Shown here piece by piece: positions 48,962-62,860 of a stretch of DNA of 64,000 nucleotides. The notes below the pieces were generated by a model. That model saw only the letters and a list, made by a program, of their open reading frames with translations. It ran no database searches and was not told where the DNA came from. How positions within the stretch are numbered: the first letter of the stretch is position 1; each line of letters starts with the position of its first letter. The position numbers were made by a program, and so were the translations under genes. The stretch is from the human T2T-CHM13v2.0 reference genome, Homo sapiens: the NCBI RefSeq assembly GCF_009914755.1, contig NC_060942.1; one strand, given 5' to 3'.

Positions 48962-51260
48962 CCTCCTTGTTTTTGAAAGTTAGCATAATTTTAGATGCCT
49001 GTGAAATAGTACTGCACTTACATAAAGTGAGACATTGTGAAAAGGCAAATTTGTATATGTAGAGAAAGAATAGTAGTAACTGTTTCATAGCAAACTTCAG
49101 GACTTTGAGATGTTGAAATTACATTATTTAATTACAGACTTCCTCTTTCTAAGATTTTGTGAATTGGTTGAATAGTTCTATACAAATGAAGTATGGAGGT
49201 GTGTATGTTTATATGTATATAACAAAATATTTTCATTGTGACCACTCTGAAGTAAGAGCAATGGGAATGGCATTATTGTAGAATAAGTCATTGTATTTTT
49301 AACACCAGAAAGAACCTTGCCGATCACCAGGCATAACCTAATTTTATCCATGGAAGAAACACAGAAAGGCATCTAAGTTAGAGCTGGCACCAGAACTGAG
49401 ACCTCCAGAAATCTATTCCAGTATTTTTTCCACTACACAACTGCCTTCCTGACAGGTTCTGAGATAAGTGTTATGTTTGTAGATAGAGTGAAATATATTT
49501 ATATATATATAAATATATACAGATACATATCTGTGTATTATCTCAAGGAATGTACAAACTTTAGTTTTTGATTATAAGGACTTCACTGCAAGTTTTAGTT
49601 AAGAGGTTTGTATATAAATCTGTTATAGAACAGGCTGAAATTTCTTGTTCATAAGATTATGAAACCACATGAGAAGTGATAAAATGTTTGTTAAAGCTAG
49701 ATAGAGGTTAAGAATCAAGATATAATGGATAATTTTCATAGCTGCCTATCAGAATTTCCCAAATATTTAGCATCTTCCTTGATAATATATATTTTCTTCT
49801 TGAATTTCACTGGCCTAATGAGATAATACTCTTATCTTTGGCTCTACCTAAAAGTTGGTTAAAAATGCAATTGGCATTAACAAGGAAAAATACTGAATTA
49901 GTAATTTTAAAAGTCTCACAAAGAAAATCCCAGGCCTAGATGGCTGCATTGTTGAATTCTGCCAAACATTAAAATTAGCACTAATTTTTTGCACACTGTT
50001 TCTAAAAGTAGGAGAGGAAAGAACACTTCCCAACTTACTCTAGGTCAGTATTACCCTGATACTAGACTAGACATCACAAGAAAACTATAAGCCAATATTC
50101 CTTATTAATACAAACACAAAAATCATTAACAAAAATATTAGCAAACTGAATCCAGCAACCTATAAAAAGGATTCTATATCATGACCAAGTGGAATTTATC
50201 CCAGGAATTCAAGGTTGGTTCAACATCTAAAAATCAAATAAGCTAATATACAGTCAGTTCTCATTATTCACAGTAATTATGTTCTACAGAATATTCTCCC
50301 ATAAACACTGAATTAAATATGGAACAACTGCTTTTAGGAGAAAGTGTATTTGTGTATATGTGTGTATACATATGTTTATCTCACACACATTATGAGCTTG
50401 AATTCTTAATTCATCCTAGCAAATTCTACCTTATTTTACAGAAGTGAAAGTGAGGTATCAGAAGTGTTAAGTGACATGCCTGAGGCACCCCCCTAACAGG
50501 TGTCAGAGCTGAAATTCAAACCCCATCCAGCTGGCCCCGGAGCCAGAGCTTCTTGTACTACACAGAATTGCCCCTGCCATTTCCACCCTCCAGTCATTTC
50601 TCTATGAGACTGAAGCAGGAAGGCAGAGCATCATCTTGTTCAGCCTCAGCTGGGAACATGTGTACTGGGTGACTCAAATTTTTCACCCATTTACACATAT
50701 CCACAAATGACTGCAAAAGTGCCACGGATATCAATTTGAGGGTTATAAATTTTAGCAAGTTGGTAAATTCACAAATACATAACCTTGAATAATGAGGATC
50801 AACTGTACCATATTTAATAAAGCACAAAACCCACACAGATTGTCTTATTACAGCATTTGATAAAATCCAAAACTCTTTCATAAAAACACTCAACAAACTT
50901 AGGAATAAAAGGAATCTTCCTAGATATGATAAATATAACATCTATGAAAAGCCCACACCTAACATTATACTTCATGGTGATAGACTGAAGGCTGAATGTT
51001 TTCCCCTTAAGATTGGGAAGAAGGACAAGGATGTTCACTCGGCACTACTTCTATTCAGCATTGTACTTGAAGTTCTAGCCACAGCAGTTAGGTTAGGAAT
51101 TCAAGGTTTGTTCAACATCTAAAAATCAAATAAGCTAATAAAGAAAAGAGGTTTATACTGCAAAAGAAGTGAAACTATATGTATTCACAGTTGATACATA
51201 GTTGTATATAGAAAATGCTAAAGAATCCATAAAAAGTAATAAATGAGTTCAACAGGTTGC
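48962..51260 (+). other. MALT1: MALT1 3' UTR, proximal part; the end is uncertain and longer isoforms probably extend several kb further
   Basis: Follows the stop codon; AATAAA hexamers near 50816, 51137, 51238, 51315 and 51347; cleavage site cannot be read from DNA. Confidence 0.6.
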
Positions 51261-52100
51261 AGGATACAAGATCAGTTTTATTTCTCTACTAACAGCAAAC
51301 ATTCTGAAAATGAGAATAAAGAAATCCTATATACAGTAGCATCAAGAATAAAACTCCAACACGTTTAAAGAAATTAAGATCCAGATAAATGGAAAGACAT
51401 CCATGTTCATGGATTGGAAGACTGAATATTGGTAAGATGGCAATGCTGCCCAAATTAGTCTACATATTCAACAATTCCTATCAAAATCCTAGCTGTATTT
51501 TTTGCAGAAATTGACAAACTGGTAAAATTGGTAGGGAAACGCAGGGGACCCAGAATAGCCAAAAAACCTTGGAAAAGAACAAAGTTGGAAGACGTACCAA
51601 TTTCAAAAAGTGCTACCAAGCTACAATAAGACAGTGTAGGCATATGGATAGACATATCGATCAGAGGAATGGAACTGAACATCCAGAAATAAACCCATAC
51701 ATTTCTGGTCAACTTGTTTTCAACAAGGATGCCAATACCATCAATAGAGAAGGAGTGGTCTTTTCAACAAACGGTGCTGGGACAACTAACTGGTAGCTAC
51801 GTGCACAGCAAAAGGATCCCTACCTTCCTACCACATTACAAATTCTAACTCAAAATGGATCATAGACCTCAATATAAGAGTTTAAACTCTTAGAAGAAAA
51901 CAGAAGTAAATCTTTGTGATGTTGGGCTTAGGAATGGTTTCTTAGACATAATACCAAAAGCACAAGCAACAAAGGCAAACAGTAGATAAATGGGACTTCA
52001 TCAAAATTAACTTTAGCGCCTTAAAGGACACCATTAAGAAAGTGAAGTTAACCCTCAGAATGGGAGAAAAATTTTTGAAAAATCATGTATCTGATAAAAA
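49880..52100 (+). mobile_element. Degenerate sense L1M ORF2 region within the MALT1 3' UTR
   Basis: aagaaaatcccaggcctagatggc (KSPGPDG), gaccaagtggaatttatcccagg (DQVGFIPG), ccagaaataaacccatac motifs; ORF 51569..51796 carries L1 ORF2 remnants. Confidence 0.88.
50251..50805. mobile_element. TcMar-Tigger MITE (MER82-like) inserted in the L1
   Basis: TIRs cagtcagttctcattattca / tgaataatgaggatcaactg; TA on both sides. Confidence 0.8.
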
Positions 52101-52219
52101 AACAAACAAACATGCAGGTGCTCAGCTGTGGTTACCACCGAGCAGCACTGTCCAGTGAACTTGCTGTGATGATGGGATGCTTGGTATCCGCACTCCCAGT
52201 GTGATAGCCTTTAGCCTCA

Positions 52220-52654
<435 letters not shown>

Positions 52655-53616
52655 TTAAAACGGGCTTAAGAAGAATGATAACAGTTTTGGTCTTCTTTTT
52701 TATCAACCATGCTTTTATTTTACTTGAATCTCGTGCCAATTGCTTTGTAATATTAAAGTAGGATTTACACAAGTGGAATTTAGAAAAGATGATAATCTAT
52801 CAAATCTGTCAATACCAATTAGAATGTAATAAAGAAATTAGGATAGTGGAGGTTTGAGCAAGTAAAGGCTCACCCAAATTCAAAGCCAATACTTGATGCT
52901 GAGAGGGGATATTTTCTGGAAGGTAATTTTTAAAAATTAAAGTCACAATTATAAATTGTATATTTCCTAATAAAAGAAATCTCAACTCATGGGACAATTT
53001 GAATTTAAAACACTATTGTTCCTCATTCAGTGATGAACAAGTCAAAACGTTTCAGAAAAGAAAGCCTTTAAAGAAGAATCCTGGCACAGAAAAGGTCCAT
53101 TTAGACATGGCCTTCTTCCCCCATCTCTAATGCCTCTTTTCAAATCTCTGACTTGCACATGAAGTAACAGTGAGGTGTCCTGTGCAGCAGTCGCAATTTT
53201 TTGACTTGTCAAATTGAAGAAATTCAATTATGTAGCCAGAGCTTAGATCACTGACATGTATACTGGCATAAGCTTTTTTTTGTTTGTTTTTAATTTTATT
53301 AGAAGTGGGATCTCATTTTGTTGCCCATGCTGGTCTCAAACACCTGTCTTCAAGTGATCCTCCTGCCTCAGCAGCATCAGTTTAATATCTAGATAAAATC
53401 TGATGTATGTAATTTTACTTTTAAGGGTTTTTTTCCAAACAGACGTCCTGACAATGTTGTTTCCTATTCCTTGAACATTCACCTGACGCTTATATACTGT
53501 CATTACTTTTATCTGTCAACTGATGTCAGCTACTCAATTTACACATTACTTTTGTGCATTTCATCCTGTTTCTCAGTTTGACATTGTCATTCAAATTCAG
53601 AGTTTGACACTGAAAC

Positions 53617-54633
<1,017 letters not shown>

Positions 54634-57542
54634 TAAAGTTGCAATTTTTGTTCACTCCAGAATCACTTTTCAAAAAGCATGCAGATTTAATGCCACCAGT
54701 TTGTGTTATGTATCTATCCCGCAAAACAGCTCTAAAGGTGATTTACTAAAAGATTAACAGCATTTATCTCTGGTGGGATAATTTTTCTTTGCTTGTTTAC
54801 CTGTGTCTTGCAGATTTTACACAGTGAACAATGACTGTATAATTTTAAAATACAGATATGCACAATTGTGTAATGTAAATATGCTCAGCTTCAATACATT
54901 TAAGAACACATTTTTAACTTTTCGTAAGGAGTCTTCAGTTTAAAAGTACAGTGTCATTACAGAGTGCTTATTCTGTTACAAAATTAGTAAAGCTGATTCT
55001 GCCTCTAAATCTGAAGTAATTCCCACTTTTTTTCATGCTTGAGTTTAGTTGATAAATAGCATTTTAGATACTAAAAATGATTGGATGAGTATTTCTACAT
55101 TAATAAGTTGCTAATTAGGCACCAGGGTAGCAGATAGAATGCCTTTCTGTGTGCTAGGTTTAAACATTTTACACACAGTCTTATTTAAAACAGCCTTGCA
55201 GTTTATAGATGAACTGATTGTTAGGCTAACCAGAGGTGTTACTATACCCTCCAGGATAACCCAGCTAGTAAGGGCAGAGCCAGGATGATTCAGACCCAGA
55301 CCAGAGCCGGGTGTTTTGTCCACAGTACTGCTGCTGCTTATACCGTAACGGGAAAAGTACACAACAGTGTCTTAATATTTCATTCTTCCATGAAAAACAC
55401 TTTTAAAATATTGAAACATTATAGGAGCAGAAGTACATCTCTAAATATACTTTTAGGTCACATTGAAAACATTTCCAAAGGATTTGACCTGAAGTTAATG
55501 TTGCTACATTATGCTCAATACAGCAGGCTGTTCTGCTAGGGAAATTGTTAATATTTTAAAAATATTTTCCTAAGCTTTAGCTTTACCACTTCCAAGTCTG
55601 TACAGACTGGTTATTTCTACATTACAAAGACAGTGACTCCCTCAAAGGCTGACAGTTTTTATAGTCTGTGTTTATAACATACACATCTATTCTTGCCAGA
55701 TGTGGGTTCCTACATTGCCATCTAACCTCAGCATCCTTTATGTTATGCTCCAACTTGGGTAAGCGGCTTTGTTTCCTTCCCAATCTCCTGGTCAGACAGT
55801 TGACCTCACATCTTTGTCTAGTGGTTTTCAAACGTCAGAGTAGCCCCTTGTTGGAGCGGCAGCCTTGGGGTTCCCCACTGTTTTCCACATTGCCTTTCCA
55901 AGTAAGCTTTGGTCTGCATTAAACCCCGCTGTTTGCTTTGATATTCTCCCCCCACACAGCCGTACCCCACACCAGCTGGGCGCCTTTGGGAGACCGCAGC
56001 CCTTAGAAAAGGGGAAGAAAAGCCTCCTGACTGCACAGTGAGGGCTGGAGGCGTCTGGCCTGGAGGGAGTCCAGGCCACTGGACTCCACACTGTCAGCCA
56101 GTGTGAGCTGCTGGTGACAGGGAAAGGCCATGTGAGCAGGTCCTGACCTGCAGTTCGGGCCCCTGGAGCAAACAGCACCAAACTTGGCCCCCAGATCAGC
56201 TTTGTCATTCAAGATGTGGCTTGCTAGCAGGTGTTATTAACAAGGCGAAGCACCATGTGGTATCTTCCCATTGGAATCAGTTGTTATTGCTAACTAGGTA
56301 TTAAGTGTCTGAAAACCTGATTTTGTACTTTGGCATCACCTGGCCCAGTTATAGCTTTGTGGGGGATACAGTTTCAAGGTGTGCAGTGGCACTCTCACCT
56401 GCAAGGGAGAAGTGTGCTTGTTGGGGGAAGGTCAGATAGGGGGTACACAGGGCTGGCATGCTAAGACACGCTCTTCCTGGAAGTATACGTGCAGAAAGCC
56501 ACATCATAGTCCAAGGCTTTATGAGCACAAAAGGAACACGGGGTGGGGCGGGGAGGGGATCGTCTAGATGAACCTGATGGTTAATGACAGCAGGCTAAGA
56601 TGAGCCAAATGTCCCTCTCATTGGCCAGCCTTGCCAGTGAGGCTGAATGCTTCCAAGCTAAGAGTCTCTCTGTCCTGGACAGCACTTACAGGACCCTGCC
56701 AATGTCTGCTGCCCGAGGTGCTTTCTGACAGTTTGCTGTAGCTACAGTAATCCATTTACTCAGCTCGCAGACTTGCCTTGGAGCCATTCTAGCTGTGTAA
56801 GCTGACTTCACACCCAGGCCTGACCCACGATGTGACTCGCAAAATTACCTTTTCCGGCATTTTCGTGTCCTGGCCCCTTGTTAGCAGCACGTGACCAACA
56901 CTGGCCACCAAGGCCCAAGCTAGACTGGCCAACAGAGAGTGGAGGGCTGAGGGCTGAGGAGACCACAACCATTATTAGATAGGATTGATTCTGCCTGTAG
57001 ACTGAAAAGAACATCACCAAATGATGTCGAGAAGGAGGATAAGGAAGACCATTCCATGATGCTCTGCTCGGCCGAGCTACCCTGGAGGCAGGCCCCTGCT
57101 GAGGAGAGGCAGGAGAAGGGATGTCTTCAGGTGAGCCAATGGGAGCAGCTGGCTTTCAAAATGCCACTTAAAAGGGAGGCTGGCTATTGGCCTACACTGC
57201 ACAGAAGCTTCCTGACCAGATGCCACAGGGCCTGGGGTCACCAGTAAGCCTAGAGCTGAGACTCCCTGAGCCCATCTCCAAATACATAATCCGAGTGGGG
57301 CTGTGAGAGGACAGTGGGGCAGTGCGGGACCTACTCCTGGAGGACTCACCCGCTCCCCAAAGGGTATGTGATCCATGCCCCAGGCCAGTGCTGCTGGCTG
57401 AATGTGAGGAAGCTTGGACTCCATTCCTCAGGAGCCCAGGCACTTCAGCAGGAAGGCTGGGGACCTCTGGGGCCAGCACTAGGGGCAGAGCAACAGACGA
57501 GACTAGAGGGCAGAGGGCACGTGGGAGCTAAGCCTGGGGAGA

Positions 57543-58600
57543 TGGACACCAATGCTCAGGTGAGCGGCCCTAGCTGGCAGCACTTTGTGTGTTTCGGCAC
57601 GCATCGTTGCTGGGAGGAGTAAGCACTGGCCGTGCAACTCCACCAGGGGAGGATGATGGAGGGGGTGCCTGGTCTCTCCTGGCCTCTGTGCACGTGGCTC
57701 TTCCCTTGCTGATTGGAGTCTATGCCTTTCACTGTGATAAACCATAACCATGAGTGTTATGGCTTCTCTGAGTTCTGAGTTGTTCTCGTGAATTAATGAA
57801 CCTGATCTTCCAGTGGAATGGGGTGGGCGGGAACCAGATTGGCTCGTGATGGCCTGTGATGTCCTAGAATAGCCAGGTCACAGGTGGGACTTCTCATTCA
57901 GGGAAGGTGATGAGCCCACAAAGCTGGGTCCAACCCAAAGGCTTCAGGGGCAAGTCTGCCACCCCAGCCAGCATTGGGTTTCTCCAAGTCCCTCTCCTTT
58001 CGGGGCTGTGTTATTTACCAATTCCTAAAGGGGACCTCAGAGACTAGCTCACAGGCCATCTCTCTCACTGCATCCTCCCTGGTCCCCTCAACAGGAAGCC
58101 ACCTAGAGACAGAGAACAGTGCTTTCTGTGTGCATTTCACCCAAAAACGCACACAGAACGGAGACTAAACCATGTGTTGGCATGAATGACTCCTGACAAT
58201 GACCCCGGATTGCACCAGCCAGACTGGGCTCATCACCTTCCCTGAATGAGAAGGCCCACCTGTGACCTGGCTACTCTAGGACATCACAGGCCATCATGAG
58301 CCAATCTGGTTCCCGCCCACCCCATTCCACTGGAAGATCAGGTTCATTAATTCACGAGAACAACTCAGAACTTAGAGAAGCCATAACACTCATGGTTATG
58401 GTTTATCACAGTGAAAGGCATAAACTCCAATCAGCAAGGGAAGAGCCACGTGCACAGAGGCCAGGAGAGACCAGGCACCCCCTCCATCATCCTCCCCTGG
58501 TGGAGTTGCACGGCCAGTGCTTACTCCTCCCAGCAACGATGCGTGCCGAAACACACAAAGTGCTGCCAGCTAGGGCCGCTCACCTGAGCATTGGTGTCCA
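57543..58600. repeat. Inverted repeat: arms 57543-57918 and 58225-58600 (376 bp each, 5 mismatches), 306-bp spacer
   Basis: Manual base-by-base comparison; ORFs 57503..57751(-) and 58296..58613(+) translate to near-identical peptides. Confidence 0.98.
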
Positions 58601-58875
58601 AGGTTTCTACTAGGGGCTGGTCACCCAGACATGGCTGGCCGCCCAGTTGGCTGATCCTGGTTTCCAGCCCCTGCAGAGGTCAAGCTGATACCACTTGGTC
58701 CAAGGGCCCCCCATAGGTCACATTGTTAGCAGAGACTATCTGGTGGGGCCCAAGGCCCCCAGGTAAATAAACGCACTCTTATCAGGGAGGCAATTCCAAG
58801 GGCTTAGAGGTTGCCTCCTGGGAGCTGGGGATAAGGGCCAAACCTCTCCTTGTTGAAGGTTAATCATGACTGCAC
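58190..58875 (-). mobile_element. Old LTR of the MER21/MER68/MER77 group
   Basis: tcaggttcattaattcacgagaacaactcagaac and attccaagggcttagagg...aaggttaat motifs; exact family uncertain. Confidence 0.65.
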
Positions 58876-58949
58876 CCCAGGACACTTGAGTTTCTCTCAC
58901 TCTGGAGTATCATGCCTGCTGTTGACTGCCTGGAATGCCTTCCTCACTT

Positions 58950-59553
58950 TGTCAGAGGCATTTGAACCAGAGTGACTCCATCTTGAATAGGGGCTGCATT
59001 CAGGAGGTTAGGCCTTCTCAGTCACAGGATGAGATAGGAGGTTGGCAGGACTGGCATCACAAGATACAGGTCACAAAGACCATGCCAATAAAACAGGATG
59101 CAGTAAAGAGGCCAGCCAAAACCCACCAAGACCAAGATGGTGATGAAAGTCACCTCTGATCATCCTCACTGCTACTTATTTGCTAATTATAATGCATTAG
59201 TATGCTAAAAGGCACTCCCACCAGCATCATGACAGTTTACAGATGCCATGCGATGTCCAGAAGTTACCCTATGTAGTCTAAAAAGGGGAGGGACCCTCAG
59301 TTCCAGGAAATCACTTTCCCAGAAAACTCATGAACAACCCCCCCCTGGTTTTGCATATGATCAATAAGTAACCATGAATATACTCCGTCCAGCAGCCCAT
59401 GCCACACCTCTGCCTATGGAGTAACTACTCTCATTCCTTTACTTTCTTAATAAACTCCTTTGATAAACTTTATGGACTCACCCTGAATTCTTTTGTGCAC
59501 AAGATCCAAGAACACTCTCTTGGGGTCTGGATCAAGACCTCCTTCCAGTAAAA
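58950..59553 (+). mobile_element. MER41 (ERV1) solo LTR
   Basis: tgtcagaggcatttgaaccagagtgactccatcttgaataggggctg start; ttggggtctggatc...tccagtaaaa end; 4-bp ACTT TSD. Confidence 0.92.
59301..59324. promoter_or_regulatory. Tandem GAS (STAT) motifs TTCCAGGAA and TTCCCAGAA, 6-bp spacer
   Basis: Sequence motifs inside MER41; function is inferred. Confidence 0.55.
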
Positions 59554-60132
59554 ACTTTGCCAGGCTCACCCCTCTTCTTTCTTCAAATTGTACCTTAAGT
59601 GACACATCCTTCAGAAAAACTTACTGCTCAGCCTCCAAATTGGATAAAATTCCCCTTTGCACATTCCCAGGGAGCCTCGGCTTGCCCCATCAGGGGCCCT
59701 ATCCCTCAGCACTGCACCACCTCTCCTTGTCCTCCTTTCCAGCATCAGGCAGACTCTGCAGGGCACGCCCAAGAGCTGGAGCTTAAGCTCTCTCCTTGGA
59801 GTCCCAGTCTCTTTCCCACTACACTCATCTCAGCAGACGACCACTCAGCTCACTCCATGGAGACACAGAGGCCATAGGAGCCCACGCCCCGTTCCCGTCC
59901 CCAGCCTCCATGCTCTCTCGTTCCCACCCCACTCTGCGCCCCCACCAAGCTCAGAGTTCCAGATACTTCTCCAGGGCTGAGCTTCACATGAGATCCCATC
60001 TCCTCTGTCAGCCTCTGGGTTTTTACCCATCTGTTGCCAAATTCACCCAGGATGCCAAATTCATAGAAGCACTCCCTAAGGACCTGCCCCTGCTCGCTCA
60101 TCCGTGGGGCTCACATTGTCCTCCCTTTCTGA

Positions 60133-61072
<940 letters not shown>

Positions 61073-61720
61073 CTAACCTAAGCAGGCGGTCCAGGGAGAG
61101 GGCACTGGCTCTCGCTTCAGCCAACCTTGCGAAGCCAACCTGAGATTCCCCATCCCTGGAAAAATGCTTCCTTTAAGATCTCCCAGATCATCTTTACATG
61201 GCTGTGCTGTCAATGAGCATTTTTGAATGTTCTCATTTGCTTTCAGAATTCTTCCTGGGCATTATCTGATCCCCTCAGATCTCACAGATGCCACATGCCC
61301 AAAAAACCTTGCTGCCGTTTATTTCTTCCTGAGGTGGAGTCTTCCCTTCAGTGGAAACAGCCCACCGTTGCTGCCACCCCTTCTGCTGGGAAACCCTGGG
61401 GACTCGATGTCAACACTGCAAATCCCTAGAATTTACTGCAGTTCTTTTTGCTATGGGGAAGAGATGGGGTGAGCAGAAGTGCAAAAAGATGCCTTCTTGC
61501 CACCTAGTTTCTAGTCACTGCCTTCCTCTCCCAAATGATGCCTCCACTCATCCACTCTAAAGTCCCAATTCCTCAGCTTTCAGGCAGAGAGCCCACTACT
61601 ACACCACTGTAAGTTGTGACTGACTAGCCCTCCCAGGAACATTGGAAAATTTTGAGGGAGAGAAAGAAAAAAGGAAGAGAAGGAATGAGACAGAAATCTC
61701 TCCTAGAAACAGCCACACAT

Positions 61721-62027
61721 GGCCAGCGCAGTGGCTCACGCCTGTAATCCCAGTACTTTGGGAGGCCAAGATGGGCGGATCACGAGGTCAAGAGAACAAG
61801 ACAATCCTGGCCAACATGGTGAAACCCCGTCTCTACTAAAATACAAAAAAATTAGCTGGGCATGGTGGCGCGTGCCTGTAGTCCCAGCTACTCTGGAGGC
61901 TGAGGCAGGGGAATCACTTGAACCTATGAGGCGGAGGTTGCAGTGAGCCAAGATCGTGCCAGCCTGGTGACAGAGCAAGTCTCCATCACAAAAAATAAAT
62001 AAATAAAATACAAAAATAAATAGAAAA
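61721..62027 (+). mobile_element. Alu (AluSc-like) with 16-bp TSD agaaacagccacacat
   Basis: Alu consensus; TSD at 61705-61720 and 62028-62043. Confidence 0.93.
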
Positions 62028-62749
62028 AGAAACAGCCACACATGGACCAGAAAGTTGAGCCTCTGGTGACTTGACTTCAGGTGCTGCGGCAGGCAGGTGG
62101 CCCAGGGAGTAACTGGGGAGTGAAAATGAGAATGCAGCACATGGACCAACTCCTGTTGAGCCTCTTAGCAAAAGCCAGCCCTGTCCAGTAGAGCATTTTC
62201 CAACTGTTGCAAAAATTACCCTATGAACACCTCTCTCCCCAGAGTTCAAACTCGCACCTTTGATGATACTGCTTCCTGCTGCCATTGCCTATTCTGATGT
62301 CAGAGCAGCCATTCCCATGGAAAATGGAATGGAAAGCTAAATGGAGAGTGAGTAGGGGTTAAGACTTCTCTAAAATACCGCGGCTGCCAGGCAATTTCAT
62401 TAAGGAGAAACAGAGATGGACAATGTCATAAACATTCTCCAGCCATCAGAAGAAACCACTTCCAGGAAAAGTAAATTTTGTGGTCGTAAACACTCACAGC
62501 AAGGGCCAGGCCACAGGCAGCGTGGCACTGGCAGAGAGCAGTGGTTGAGGTGAAAGTCACCCTGGGGCCCAGGTCTCAAACTTACCCTGGCTAGACTGAA
62601 CCAGAACATTTTTCCGTTTCTTTTCCGTAAATTAATGTTTAAAAGTTCCCCTCCCCACATAATCCCAATCTCACTTTCAAGAGATAATGCTATCTCTTCA
62701 GTGTATATTTCTTCCGGTTGTATTATGCATATAAATCTCCAGACCATAT

Positions 62750-62860
62750 GGACACACACACACATATGCACACACACGTATGAATATTATACACATACAT
62801 GTGTACAGATATCTTTTATACATGTATACACACAGGTGTACACATATGTGCATATGTGAG
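62750..62860. repeat. CA/TA/TG low-complexity tract
   Basis: acacacacacatatgcacacacacgtatg...tgtacacatatgtgcatatgtg. Confidence 0.8.

Noticed and set aside
49153-49165. Roquin CDE-like triloop GATTT-TGT-GAATT in the 3' UTR
   Set aside because: Attractive because MALT1 cleaves Roquin, but the stem is 5 bp with two G-U pairs and lacks the canonical C-G closure
55840-57540. GC-richer unique region possibly holding a lncRNA exon or enhancer
   Set aside because: No CpG island or convincing exon structure can be established from sequence alone
57503-58613. Two near-identical ORFs on opposite strands (MVMVYHSERH...)
   Set aside because: By-product of the inverted repeat in LTR-derived sequence; no evidence of coding function
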